A stretch of DNA of 64,000 bases from Eledone cirrhosa. Its lineage: Eukaryota. A model generated the notes under the pieces. That model was not told where the DNA came from and ran no database searches. It saw only the letters and a program-made list of their open reading frames with translations. Shown here in pieces: positions 23,894 through 37,006 of this stretch. Position 1 is the first letter of the stretch. The number at the start of each line of letters is the position of its first letter. A program made the translations under genes and the position numbers. The DNA is taken from contig OZ024742.1 in NCBI GenBank assembly GCA_964016885.1, forward strand, positions 239,134,001-239,198,000, given 5' to 3'.

Positions 23894-25058
23894 ATCAAAG
23901 TCTTTCATCACACGCCTGTGATATCATCGATGTTATTATTATGTTTCTTCCCGTTGTATTGTAATGTCTATTTTATTATTTATTTATTTATGTCTCTGTT
24001 TGTGTGTGTGTGTTTTCTGTTTGGTGTGTGTTAGTATCTGAGTTTGTGTGTTTGTATTCTATCTTTGCTCACTAAGGTGTATTTTTTTTGTTATTGTACA
24101 TGTGTATATTTATTTATATTTATCTTATGTCACTATTGTGTGTTTGTGTATGGTTGTTGTTGTTATTCCATTAATTTTTTCTGTTCAACTTCGGTTTTCT
24201 CAGTTCTTTTTCAGTTGCTTCCTTAATTTGTCTACCTGTTGAGTCATTTTTTATGTTTAAATATTATTTAATTTCCATGTTGCCTATATTACTATCATGT
24301 CTTAGTCTGGCGTGTTCATATAGTACCAAACCCTCTTTTTGTTCCCCTACGCTCTGAACTCTCTCCTATGTATGTCGTCATGTTTCTGCAAGTACCCTCT
24401 GTACATCTTATGCTATAGACTACATTTCTAGTTTTACAATTTATTTGTGGATTTATTCTACATATAACACATTTCTTATTAGTACAGTGAATTTTCTTAA
24501 AGGGTTTTGTTTTTCTTAAAGTTTTTTGCTGATCAGGTATTTTATGGTAGTTCTTGGCTTTTCTATCACTTTAATCTTTAAATGGGTCTTCCTTAGGGCC
24601 TTTCTAAATTGGTCATCTAGTTCACCTCCAGCAGTTGCATCCACGAACATGACACTCTGGTTATCATAACATGAAGTGGCTTTCCCTATCTTATGTAATG
24701 GTTTAACTCGTTTTTACCCACCTCCATTCTGATATATAATGTATATATTAGATATATAATGTATATATTATATATATAATGTATATATTATATATATAAT
24801 GTATATATTATATATATAACATATATATTATCATCATCATTATAGGTCTATTTCTCCACGCTAGCATGGGTTAGACGAGTTATCTTGTGGGCAGTGCTAG
24901 GTCAAGTGACCATATCTTGCTCATAGAGAACTGATTTTGACTATATATATGTAATATTGGGAATCCGCCCAAATGAAGCAGAGCATACAATTACCTCTGA
25001 GTCAAAAAGAAAAAGAAAAACACCTTTCTCTGTTTCTTCCTAACTATTATGTAATTAT

Positions 25059-25116
25059 ACACCTGATGATGTCAGCAGGTTCATATGTAACCTGGCCACT
25101 GGAATGTGCATAGTGT
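25059..25116 (+). ncRNA. Degenerate hammerhead motif (GAAA changed to GGAA)
   Basis: acac-CTGATGA-...caggtt/aacctg...-GGAA-tgtgca-TA-gtgt. Confidence 0.4.
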
Positions 25117-25303
25117 TTGCAATAATAAGATTTAAAGGAATACAACCTGTAGGGCCTCCTGTCATTTTACACTATAATATTATATGTATATATATATATG
25201 TATATATTATATATATATGTTACATATATATATATATCATCATCATCGTTTAACGTCTATCTTCTACGCTAGCATGGGTTTAGACTATATATATATATAT
25301 ATA

Positions 25304-25565
25304 TATAAACGTTTGAATTTGTAAAGCCAAAACAATGCAGGTATGGACATAGAATAAAAATGCAAAAGATATTGTTGACAATTAGTCTTTTAACTTAGAT
25401 TTTAGAACACTGGTTTACTTCCCTCCGAAGAAGAGATATTATCTCGAAAATTAAGGACATTTAAATAAATCTAAGGTAAAAGACTAATTGTCAACAATAT
25501 CTTTTGCATTTTTATTCTATGTCCATACCTGCATTGTTTTGGCTTTACAAATTCAAACGTTTATA
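25304..25565. repeat. Fold-back element with ~87-bp essentially perfect inverted arms (25304-25390 / 25479-25565)
   Basis: tataaacgtttgaatttg...gacaattagtcttt is the inverse of aaagactaattgtc...caaacgtttata; the loop holds a decayed hammerhead-like ccgaaga-agagata/tatctc-gaaa-atta. Confidence 0.9.
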
Positions 25566-26157
25566 CCTCATTACACAATGTTTCAAGTGAACTATAACTT
25601 CTTCCATATATATATATATATATATATATATATTACACACAAACATCTTGATCTTGGTTTTACAGCTGATGAAGGATCTCTTTTCTTTCCTTTCTTTTGT
25701 TTTGTCCATACTACCATCTTAAACTATATATATATGTATATGTAAGTATGCATATGTACACAAATATATATATACATACATATATATGCACACACACATA
25801 CATATAAATATATACATATGGATTATATCGAACATTAATAATAATATATGATTTGTTAACAAATGGCCCGATAAAGCTGTGCTGTGCCGATAACCAATCG
25901 TCATCCATTTGTTCAACACTGGCATCGAGGAATAATCAACATGTTCATCAGGACTGTTTACCTCTCTGCCAATGTGTTGAACAGTTGAAAATATATAGTT
26001 TTCTGAAGTATATATCAGCTGAGTAGCCTTATTTGCATACCGAGTGAGTTATGGCTGGCCTTGCCGAAAATTAAAAATAAAATTAGAATTTTTTCTTGCT
26101 CTAGCACAGCTGATACATAAATGTAAGTATGCATATGTACACACACGCACACACATT

Positions 26158-26179
<22 letters not shown>

Positions 26180-26188
<9 letters not shown>

Positions 26189-26867
26189 TCGCTGGATGTG
26201 CAATAGCAATATACGTGAACAGCAAAGTATAAATGTACTGCATGAGAAATTAGGCATAAGAGGGATCAGTTGTTGCATGCAGGAGATGAGATTGCAGTGG
26301 TATGGACATGTGATGGGTATGAAGGATGACAGCTGTATAAAAAGAGTCAGAACGCTCAAAGTTGATGGTAACTGTGGAGTGGGCAGGCTTAGGAAGACTT
26401 GGGATGAGGTAATAAAAGCTGACCTTGCACAATTACACATCACCAAGGCAATGACACCGGACCATGACCTCTGGCGCTATGCAGTATTACAGAAGACCTG
26501 CCCTCTATTATTCTCAAGCTGAGGCTTATACCGAGTAGGCAACACCTTCCTCAACCTTCTCCCTTTGCGGTAACCATCCCTCTCCTATCACATACGTCCG
26601 CAATTTCCCCAAGCTTCCTGCCCCCTCCCTAGTTCCAAGTAAAAAAGTGCCCAGTCCACACTGTAAAGTGGTGGTGTAGGTGACACAACAAAAAGCACCC
26701 AGCACACTGTAAATGTGGTTGGCGTTAGAAAACCAGCTGTAGAAAACCAGCCAGAAACAGTCCTATATGAGCAAGTCACCTGACCCAACTTGCCTCTAAA
26801 TGGGACAAACCCGGCTAACCCATGCCAGTGTGGAAGATAGACATTAAATGATGATGATGATGATGAT
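26180..26867 (+). mobile_element. RTE LINE 3' fragment with 3' UTR and (GAT)n tail
   Basis: RLQWYGHVM, GRLRKTWDEVI, DLWR; (gat)n tail. Confidence 0.9.
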
Positions 26868-27399
26868 ACATACACACACATATACATAAGTATGTATGGG
26901 TTATATCGAACATTAATAATGATATTCGATAAAGCTGTGCTGATGACCAATCGTCATCTGTTTGTTCAACACTGGCATTGACAAACAATCAACGTTTCTT
27001 GGTCATTACCCTTCATATTATATATATATTATATCATCATCATCACCGTTTTACATCCATTCTTCCACACTAACATGGGTTAGACGGGTTGTCCTGTTGT
27101 GGGCAGTGCCCGGTCGGCTGACTTTGTCTTGCTCATATGGGAACTGATTTTGGCTTGATTTCTATAGCTGGATGCCCTTCCTAACACCAACCTCATTCAC
27201 AATGAGTGCTGGGTGCTTTGTTTCCGTGGCGCCTACACGACCGCTTTACAGTGTGGGCTGGGTGCTTTTTTGTCGTGGCCCCTCCACGACCACTTTGCAG
27301 TGGGAGGAGAGGGAGCCATATTGTCTATATTCTTCAGCTTGTATATACCTATACATATAATATTCATATTATATTCATATATACATAAAATATTCATAT

Positions 27400-28302
27400 A
27401 TGGGAGGGCTCTGTAGAAACAGTAGACAGCTTCTGCTACCTAGGTGACCGAATTAGCAGCGGAGGTGGGTGTTCAGAAAGTACAATAACTAGGGTAAGAA
27501 CGGGATGGAAGAAGTTTAGGGAACTACTACCACTGCTAGCTGCAAAAGGCTTCTCCCTCAAAATGAAAGGCAGACTGTATGATGCATGTATCCGAACAGC
27601 GATGTTGCATGGTAATGAGACCTGGGCGCTGAAGGTGGAAGACTTACTTAGATTAGAAAGAAACGAAGCCTGCATGCTCCGATGGATGTGTAATAGTAAT
27701 ATACGCGAACGACAAAGCATAAATGAATTGAGAGAGAGACTGAGCATAAGAGGAATCAAATGCTGTGTGCAGGAGAGGCGGTTGCGTTGGTATGGACATG
27801 TGATGCGTATGAAGGATGACAGCTGCATAAAAAGGTGCAGAGTACTAGAAGTCAATGGAAACCGCGGAGTGGGGAGACCCAAGAAGACCTGGGATGAGGT
27901 AATAAAAGCCGACCTTACCCAATTACACCTCTCAAAGGCGATGACACACGACCATGACCTCTGGCGTCACGCAGTAATACAGAGTACCCGACCTCCCATG
28001 GGTACTCTGAAGCATAAAGACAATATGCCCCACACCCTCCCACTGCAAGGTGGTCGTGGAGGTGCCACGGCAAAAAAGCACCCAGCCCACACTGTAAAGT
28101 GGACGTGTAGGCGCCACGGAAAAAAGGCACCCAGCACTCACTGTAAATGAGGTTGGTGTTAGGAAGGGCATCCAGCTGTAGAAATCAAGCCAAAATCGGT
28201 TCCTGTATGAGCAAGGCATGGTTAGCCGACCAGACACTGCCCACAACAGGACAACCCGTCTAACCCATGCTAGCATGGAAGAATGGACATAAAACGATGA
28301 TG

Positions 28303-28303
<1 letters not shown>
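27400..28303 (+). mobile_element. RTE LINE 3' fragment with 3' UTR and tail
   Basis: ORF 27563-28150 KGRLYDACIRTAMLHGNETW...RRLRWYGHVMR...GRPKKTW. Confidence 0.92.
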
Positions 28304-28337
<34 letters not shown>

Positions 28338-28577
28338 TATATATATATATATATATATATACGTTTAAATAGCTTGACAAATCGAACATTGTGGTAGGCG
28401 AAACTAACACACAATATATACCAAAGTAACGATAGAACTAATCAGGTTGTCAAGCTATTTAAATGTATCTTATTACTCTGAGGTCCTATCTTATCGAGTG
28501 CTTTGCTAACTCATCATTTCATATAAGTAGGCCGAATTTACTTGCAAACTGCCAGAGATTCGATTTTACTGATTGCC

Positions 28578-28654
<77 letters not shown>

Positions 28655-28655
28655 C

Positions 28656-28710
<55 letters not shown>

Positions 28711-28735
28711 CATATATATATATATCTATTCTATT

Positions 28736-29593
28736 CTAAGGCGGGTAAAATTCCCGAGATCCATGGACGAGTTCTCTCCAGCGGTCTCTGTCCCTCATTA
28801 TCGCTGCCATGTCCTGCGTCTCCAATAGACCAGTGTCTGTCCTTAGGGCATCAACATACGTTAACCTTGGTCTTCCTCTTCTAGTGTGTCCATGTAGGGG
28901 CTCCCAAAGGAGCACTGAGTGCAATGTCAACTCTGGATGTCGGTGAGCATGTCCAGCTAACCTCAGTCTCCTCTGTGTCACTTTTGAGATGCTCCCATAC
29001 AGCTCTGAGTTTTTCATCCTCAGTGTATACTGATTAATGTTCAGAGCCATCCTCAGCATTCTCGTGTAGCACCCATCCACCATCTGAGTGAGTTTCTTGG
29101 TCAGTGTCCAAGTCTCAGACCCATACAGCAGCACAGACTCCACTACAGCAATGAAGAGGCGGATTTTCAGGTCTCTATGAAGGTCCGACTTCCACACCGA
29201 TCTCAAGCTGTGGCACGCCGCCCAGGCCTTGCTCTTCCTCTCAACCACATCATCTTCCGTATTCCCAATCTTTGCTCCCAAATACAGGAAGCCCTCAACC
29301 AATTCTAGCGGCTTCCCGCTTACATTAGTGATCCCCTCTGGCTTCTCAACATTCTCTACCAGATATTTTGTTTTGGTCTCATTCATTCTCAGCCCCACAC
29401 TCATCGACACAGTCTCAACCTCCCGCATCAAATCCTCTGCCTCCTTCACTGTATTTGTCACCAAAACTATGTCGTCGGCAAATTCAGCATCCGATACCTT
29501 TTTCGCCCTAACTCTCCTGCTCTGAGCCGGTGCCACAGTAAAGCCAGAGTTCTGGTGTTTCTCCAGTGCAAGGCGCATACAATAGTCCACTAC
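28736..29593 (-). mobile_element. RTE/RTEX-type LINE 3' fragment with an uninterrupted ORF (different family)
   Basis: [49 protein letters not shown]; stop followed directly by a simple-repeat tail. Confidence 0.92.
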
Positions 29594-29596
29594 GAT

Positions 29597-30080
<484 letters not shown>

Positions 30081-31827
30081 TCATCATCATCATCATCATC
30101 AACGTTTAACGTCCGTGTTCCACGCTTGCATGGGTTTGGACGGGGGTAGTCCCACTTGAGGCAAGAGTGATTGTCTTGCTCGCATAGGACTGTCTGGCAG
30201 GTTTTCTACAGTTGGATGCCCTTCCTAACACCAACCACATTTACAGTGTGGGTCTGGGAGGTTTTTACCGTGTTGCCTACACGGCCACATTACAGCGTGG
30301 ACTGTGTGTTTTTTTGTCGTGACACCTACACGATCTCATTTGTTTCGGCCTCGATGGCGCGGCACCAACATAACTTTACATAGAACGGGGTGGTGTGGAT
30401 CGGGTGGGGGTGGTGGGACGGGGTGTATTTGTTAGAGATGCCTACTGGCTGGAGTAGGTTTTACTATATATTTAGGTAAGGCGGGTCTTCTCTGTTACTG
30501 AGTACCGCCAAAGGTCTCGGTCCAGTGACATTGTCTTGGAGAGGTGTAAGTGTGTGATGTCGGAGTTTATCAGCTCGTCCCAGGTTTTTCTAGGTCTGCC
30601 TATTCCGTGACTACCGTCTATCTTTATTGCCCTGCACTTTGTTATACAGCTATCGACTTTCATGCGCATCACGTGTCCATACCAACGTAGCCTTCTCTCG
30701 AGTAAACAACATCTGATCCCTCTTATCTCTAATTTATTCCTTAGTTCGTTTATGCTTTGCCGTTCACGTATATTACTGTTACACATCCAGCGGAGCATGC
30801 AAGCTTCGTTCCTCTCTAGTCTGCGTATATCCTCTGCACACAATGCCCAGGTCTCACTGCCATGCAGCATTGCTGTTCGTATGCAGGCATCGTACAACCT
30901 GCCTTTCATTTTTAGTGAGAACCCTTTAGCAGCTAATAGTGGTATAAGCTCTCTGAACTTTTTCCAACCAGTTCTGACTCTAGCTACAGTACTTTCAGAG
31001 CACCCTCCCCCACTGCTGATTTTATCGCCCAGGTAACGGAAGCTGTCCACTATTTCTATAGAACCCTCTGCGCAATTGAAAGAGCTAGTAGTTTGTGGGC
31101 ACTTGCTGCTACTTATTGCACCAGAGCACCGGCCACATGTAAAATCTATGTTCTTAGTTAGCCTACCTGTGATCCCACTACATCTTTTATGCACCCATAC
31201 TTTGCATTTAGGACATAAAATGGAGTTTCTACCTACGCCTTTCCTACACACCGAGCACGACCATTTCCCAGAAGGGACCGCCGCCTTGTTTTCTTTCCTA
31301 CAAACTAGTACTTTGGTCTTAGCCAGGTTAATTTTAAGTCCTTTTGACTCTAGGCCGTGCTTCCATGTTTGGAATTTCTTCTCTAGCTCGGCCATTGATT
31401 CCGCTATGAGTGTCAGGTCGTCTGCGTATAGGAGTTCCCATGGGCAGCCTGTCTTGAACTCCTCTGTTATGGCCTGAAGGGCAATAATAAATAGTAGTGG
31501 ACTGAGAACAGAGCCCTGATGGACGCCGACTTTTACGCTAAACTCTTCACTATATTCGTTGTTAATTCTAACCTTGCTGACTGTTTCTTTATACATGGCT
31601 TGTATAGCTCTCACAAGCCATTCGTCAACGCCTAGTTTTCTAAGAGCCCACCAGATAATGGAGCGGGGGACTCTGTCGAAGGCTTTCTCCAAGTCGACAA
31701 AAGCTAAGTAGAGGGGTTTACCTTTAGCTAGGTACTTCTCTTGTAGTTGTCGTACTATGAAAAGAGCGTCTGTGGTACTTTTGCCTGACACAAACCCGAA
31801 CTGCATTTCATCTAGGTCAATTCTCAA
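30081..31827 (-). mobile_element. RTE LINE, 5'-truncated, with an uninterrupted 451-aa RT-PHD-C-terminal ORF (30472-31827)
   Basis: QFGF, FVDLEKAFDRV, GVHQGSVLSPLLF, LLYADD, C4HC3 finger, FRYLG, RRLRWYGH, GRPRKTW; (GAT)n tail. Confidence 0.96.
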
Positions 31828-31843
31828 TATATATATATATATT

Positions 31844-31921
<78 letters not shown>

Positions 31922-32086
31922 AATATATATATTGGTGTTAGGAAGGGCATCCAACTGTAGAAAACCCGCCAGATAGTCCTATGCGAGCAAGACAACCACT
32001 CTTGCCTCAAGTGGGAAAACTCCCGTCCAAACCCATGCAAGCGTGGAACATGGACGTTAAACGATGATGATGATGATGATGATATA

Positions 32087-32140
<54 letters not shown>

Positions 32141-32234
32141 CATATACATATATATATATATATATATACATATTTATATATTTTATCATCATCATCATCA
32201 TCGTTTAACATCCATTTTTCATGCTAGCATGGCA

Positions 32235-34640
32235 GAATAAACTAAAGAATATGAGTATCAGTGATCAATAGAATTCTTTTAAAAATGTATTACAGAAAAC
32301 TGTTGAAGGTTGTGTTCCAAAAGTTACTATTATAAGAAATAGAAAGAACAAGACAAATTCGGTCAATAGAAACAAAGGCTCTGGTATAAGTGCCCAAGTT
32401 GACTATAATCGAGTGTGTAATCAAATCGGGTCATTAACGCGTAAAATAGTGAAATCTCACAAAAAGAAAATTTTGAATAGTTCAAAATCAAATCCAAAAG
32501 CATTCTGGAATTGTGTGCAAAAGAAAACTAAGACTAAAACATCTATCCCAAATTTATATGTTGACGAAAAAAGTAAAAATTTATCAAAAAGTGATTTTGA
32601 TAAAGCGAATGTTCTTGTAGAATTCTTCACATCTATATTTACAATAGACAATGATAAATATCAACCAGATATAATTGTGCTGCAAGATGTTCCGATCCTA
32701 AATCTATATAACACATGAAGTTATGCAGGAAAAGTTGAAGAACTTGAAAATTAATAAGTCACCAGATGGAAATACATCCAAGAATTTTACATAGTCTATC
32801 AGGTGAATTATCTGTGCTTCTAGCAATAATAATAAGTAATTCTTGGAAACATAGTACACTTCCTGATGAATGGAAACAAGCAAATATAACAGCATTGATT
32901 AAGAAAGGAGACAGAAAATGTGCAGGTAATTATAGTCTTGTGAGTATTTTGTGTAAAGTTATGGAAAGCATTGTCCACAAAGGAATAGTAAATTATATGA
33001 AAGAAAACAATGGAGGCACATGGCTTAGTGGTTAGATCATTGGCCTTGCAATCGAAAGGTTGTGAGTTCAATTCTCAGACCGGGTGATGTGTTGTTTCCT
33101 TGAGCAAGACACTTTATTTCACATTGCTCCAGTTTACTCAGCTGTAAAAATGAGATGATAGGGACTGGGGTCCCTATCATTCCACTGCAAAGTGGTCGTG
33201 GAGGTGCCACGGCAAAAAAGCACCAAGCACTCACTGTAAATGAGGTTGGTGTTAGGAAGGGCATCCAGCTGTAGAAATCAAGCCAGAATCAGTTCCCGTC
33301 CCACCCTTGCAAGCAGCGAAAAGGCGGACGTAAAATGAAATGAATGAATGAATGAAAACAAACTTTTTAGCAAGAAACAATATGAATTTATCTCAAGAAG
33401 ATCAACAGTTTTGCAGTTACTAACTAATCGACAAATGGACAAAAATGTTAGATAATGGAGGAGTATTTAATGTGGCCTATTGTGACTTTATAAAGGCTTT
33501 TAACGAGGGCAGCCATGTAAAACTGGTTCACAAGTTTAAAATGTACAACTTTGATGAACAATATATCACATAGATTAAAGCGTTCTTATCAAACAGAAAA
33601 CAAAGTGTTATTGTAAATGGTGGAAGCTCAAAATGGAAAGATGTAACAAGTGGTATCCCGCAAGGATCAGTACTCATTCCTATATACTTTGTTCTATACA
33701 TAAATGACTTACCATCTAGTGTTTCTAGTAATTGAAATATTTTTATACACTGATGATACTAAAATTTTTAAAGAAATAATGTGCCAACAAGACTGAAATG
33801 TTGTAATCAGATATTTATGACATGAAAAAATGGTCAAATAAATGGTTACTCTGATTCCTTATGGATAAATGTAAAGTTATGAGAATTGGAAAATTTAAGG
33901 TAGAACCTTTTGACTACAAACTAGATACAAGTTTAAAACCTATGACCAAATGTACAGAAGAAAAAGATATTGGTGTTGTTACAGACAGAAAATGATCCTT
34001 TGAAAAGCATATTCATGAAAAAGTAAATAAAGCTAACTCAATCGGTGGTGTCATCAGAAGAACTTTTGAGTATATTGACAAAGAAATATTCAAAACACTG
34101 TATACTGCACTTGTATGACCGTATTTAGAGTATGCGAACACCTTGTGGAATCTGCATCTGAAGAAACATATTGATATGGTAGAAAGAGTTCAAAGAAGAC
34201 CAACTAAATAGGTACCTGGATTATCAAAGATGTCACATGAAGATCGCCTTAAAGAACTTAAGTTACCTTCATTTGTTTACAGGCGTTTGAGAAGGGATCT
34301 GATAGAAGTATATATGATATTGAATGATAAATATGATCCAGAAGCTTCAAACTTATTTGAAAAGAATGTTAACCAAGCTACAACTAGGGGGCATAAATAC
34401 AATCTATTCAATTAGAGAGCAAGAAAATGCTCGTTCTGCTATAGAGTGGTTGACACATGGTACAAACTGCTTTGCGAAGTAGTAGAGACAAATCAATACT
34501 TACATTTGAAATAAGATTGGATGAGTTCTTGAGGGATTGAGGGATGGACAAGTGTTGTATAATTATAATGGACAATGACAAAAATCAAGAGCTAGTATCA
34601 GGATGTGAAGCATCCATCTACTAGAAAATCATCTATCTAA
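32235..34640 (+). mobile_element. CR1/Jockey-group LINE ORF2, decayed, interrupted by a SINE
   Basis: NPKAFWN, KANVLVEFFTSIF, LPDEWKQANITALIKKGD..NY, SGIPQGSVL, EKDIGV, VERVQRR.TK, RRLRRDLIEVY, TRGHKY. Confidence 0.92.
33012..33353 (+). mobile_element. tRNA-derived SINE, family A, with TSD gaaaacaa (other copies at 35638-35976 -, 38529-38956 +, 41715-42057 -, 50169-50519 -, 52158-52500 +)
   Basis: A-box tggcttagtgg, B-box gagttcaattctc, core tccttgagcaagacact...ctcagctgta, RTE-like ggaagggcatccagc module and simple-repeat tail; TSD at 33003-33010 and 33354-33361. Confidence 0.93.
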
Positions 34641-34757
34641 ATTATATATATATGTATATATATATATATATATAATTTAGATAGATGATTTTCTAGTAGA
34701 TGGATGCTTCACATCCTCTGATACTAGCTCTTGATTTTTGTCATTGTCCATTATAAT
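34562..34757. repeat. Inverted duplication of the CR1 3' end around a (TA)n tract
   Basis: ttataatggacaatgac...tctatctaaatta (34562-34644) is mirrored at ~34673-34757. Confidence 0.92.
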
Positions 34758-34868
34758 ATATATAATATATATATATTATATATATTGATGATTATAATGT
34801 ATATATAAGCAAGTATTGCACCAAGAAAAATATAAACATTGGCGGGAAAGGATATTAGGAATTTATTT

Positions 34869-34979
34869 GCTTTAACATATGTTTCTGTGTCTATTTTAAT
34901 TGTCTACATATGCTGACTACAATATATATTGTTCAATCATATGCAATACTTAATTATTTATCACACTTCATCAGAAAGC
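34869..34979 (-). ncRNA. Minimal hammerhead motif with a very long stem II insertion
   Basis: Minus strand gcttt-CTGATGA-agtgtg...~80 nt...acaca-GAAA-catatg-TT-aaagc; stem I gcttt/aaagc; palindrome ACATATGT. Confidence 0.65.
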
Positions 34980-36099
34980 TTATAATTGTGGAAGTGACTA
35001 TTCACTACACGGTAGAATTCAGGAATGTTGTGCTTCTCAATATATATTTATCTTTTACATTTGAATTATTATGGCTATTGAGCTTGTTTATTGAGAAGCA
35101 CAAAATTCTAACATATTTGATATGTTTTGATTCCTCACATTTGTATATAACAGCTCCAAAACTCTTAACCTGTTGAGCTGAGGTGAATAATCAGCTCTTT
35201 CTCGCGGAATAAACATCCACTTTTGTCTATATCTCTTGCCTTGGGTTTAATGTAATCACACCATACGGTTTTCAGCATTGTTGGATTAAGTGTTGAAGAA
35301 GGTTTGTTCATCTTTCTTGTCGAGAAGAAGACTGGGTCTAAAATGGAACCTTATATATATAGAGAGGTAGTCATAGTAGTAGTAATAGTAGTGGTAGTTG
35401 TCTTTTCACAGAACAAAATTATTTCTAGGAAAAGGAAATTTTTCTGTATATATGCGTGTGTATCTCAATCATGTTAAAGGACGGGTCAAGAGTTCAGTTG
35501 GGGGTGGCGAAGAGGGGAAATGTAAGCTAGAGACAATTGCTATAGGGAAGAGAGGTAAATGGGATTGTCAAAAAGGATTGTAAAAGAAATTTGATTAGGA
35601 ATATGGTTTTAGAGAGTTTGAGTGTGTATATAAGTATCATCATCATCATCATCATTTTACGTCCACTTTTCCCTGCTTGCAAGGGTGGGACGGGAACTGA
35701 TTGTGGCTTGATTTCTACAGCTGGATGCCCTTCCTAACACCAACCTCATTTACAGTGAGTGCTGGGTGCTTTTTTGCCATGGCACCTCCACGACCACTTT
35801 GCAGTGGAATGATAGGGACCCCAGTCCTATCATCTCATTTCTACAGCTGAGTAAACTGGAGCGATGTGAAATAAAGTGTCTTGCTCAAGGAAACAACACA
35901 TCACCTGGTCTGAGAATTGAACTCACAACCTTTCGATTGCAAGGCCAATGCTCTAACCACTAAGCCATGTGCCGCCATCAAGTATATATATATGTGTGTA
36001 TATATATGTCTTGTAAATGTGATGGGATCAAAACTTAGAGAAATATTTTTGAGGAAAGAAAGAAAAAAAAGATTTTTTAAAGGTATATTGTATATATAT

Positions 36100-36144
<45 letters not shown>

Positions 36145-36219
36145 ACCCTTGTAAGCAGGGAAAAAGCGGACGTAAAATGAAATGAAATGAAATGATATAT
36201 ATATATGTTTGTTTTTGTA

Positions 36220-36251
<32 letters not shown>

Positions 36252-36416
36252 GTTTGTCACAGGTCTTTTTGTGGTGGGTAATTAAAAAAACAGTATAGTA
36301 TTAGTGATGGCTTTCAATCAGGAATTTAGAGAAGGGTTATTTTTGGAAAATATGTGTATGAATAATTTCTTTTATATTTCATAGTGTGTGAGAGAGAGTG
36401 TATATGTGTGTGTGTG

Positions 36417-36447
<31 letters not shown>

Positions 36448-36589
36448 GTGTGTATGTGTGCAAATGTATCGATAATGTGTCTGTAAATGTATGTGTTTAT
36501 ATTTATATACTCATACATATAAATGTATATATGAGCAGACATACACACACTCACACACATAAGTGTAGTCAATCTAAGAACACTGGTTA

Positions 36590-36726
36590 AAAATAATTAT
36601 TACATACACACACTTCTACACAAACATATACATAAACAGACTCATTAGAGAAAATAATTATTACATACACACACTTCTACACAAACATATACATAAACAG
36701 ACTCATTAGAGAAAATAATTATTACA
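36590..36726. repeat. ~59-bp tandem duplication
   Basis: aaaataattattacatacacacacttctacacaaacatatacataaacagactcattagag about 2.3 times. Confidence 0.85.
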
Positions 36727-37006
36727 TGCACACACACATATGTGTGTGTGAGTGTGTGTATGTATACATTTATATGTATGAGTAACACAGGTGTAGCGAA
36801 CACTGTTCGTTGTTTTCTATACTTTGTCACAGCTCTCTTCCTTCCACACTCATTACATAGATGTGTGTGTATGTAATCATTATTCTGTTTATGTATATGT
36901 ATGTGTTTATATTTATACACTCATACATATCACATAGATGAGTTACTTCTTTTAACGTGATGGACAAATACACATTGGCTATTATTATATTTGATTATAT
37001 TATATA

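Noticed and set aside
30662-31477. Antisense ORFs over RTE copies, and ORFs starting MPFLTPT
   Set aside because: Shadow frames of LINE and SINE sequence repeated in every copy.
33012-33085. tRNA gene
   Set aside because: The tRNA-like head continues into a SINE body and tail in six copies, one with a TSD; it is a SINE head.
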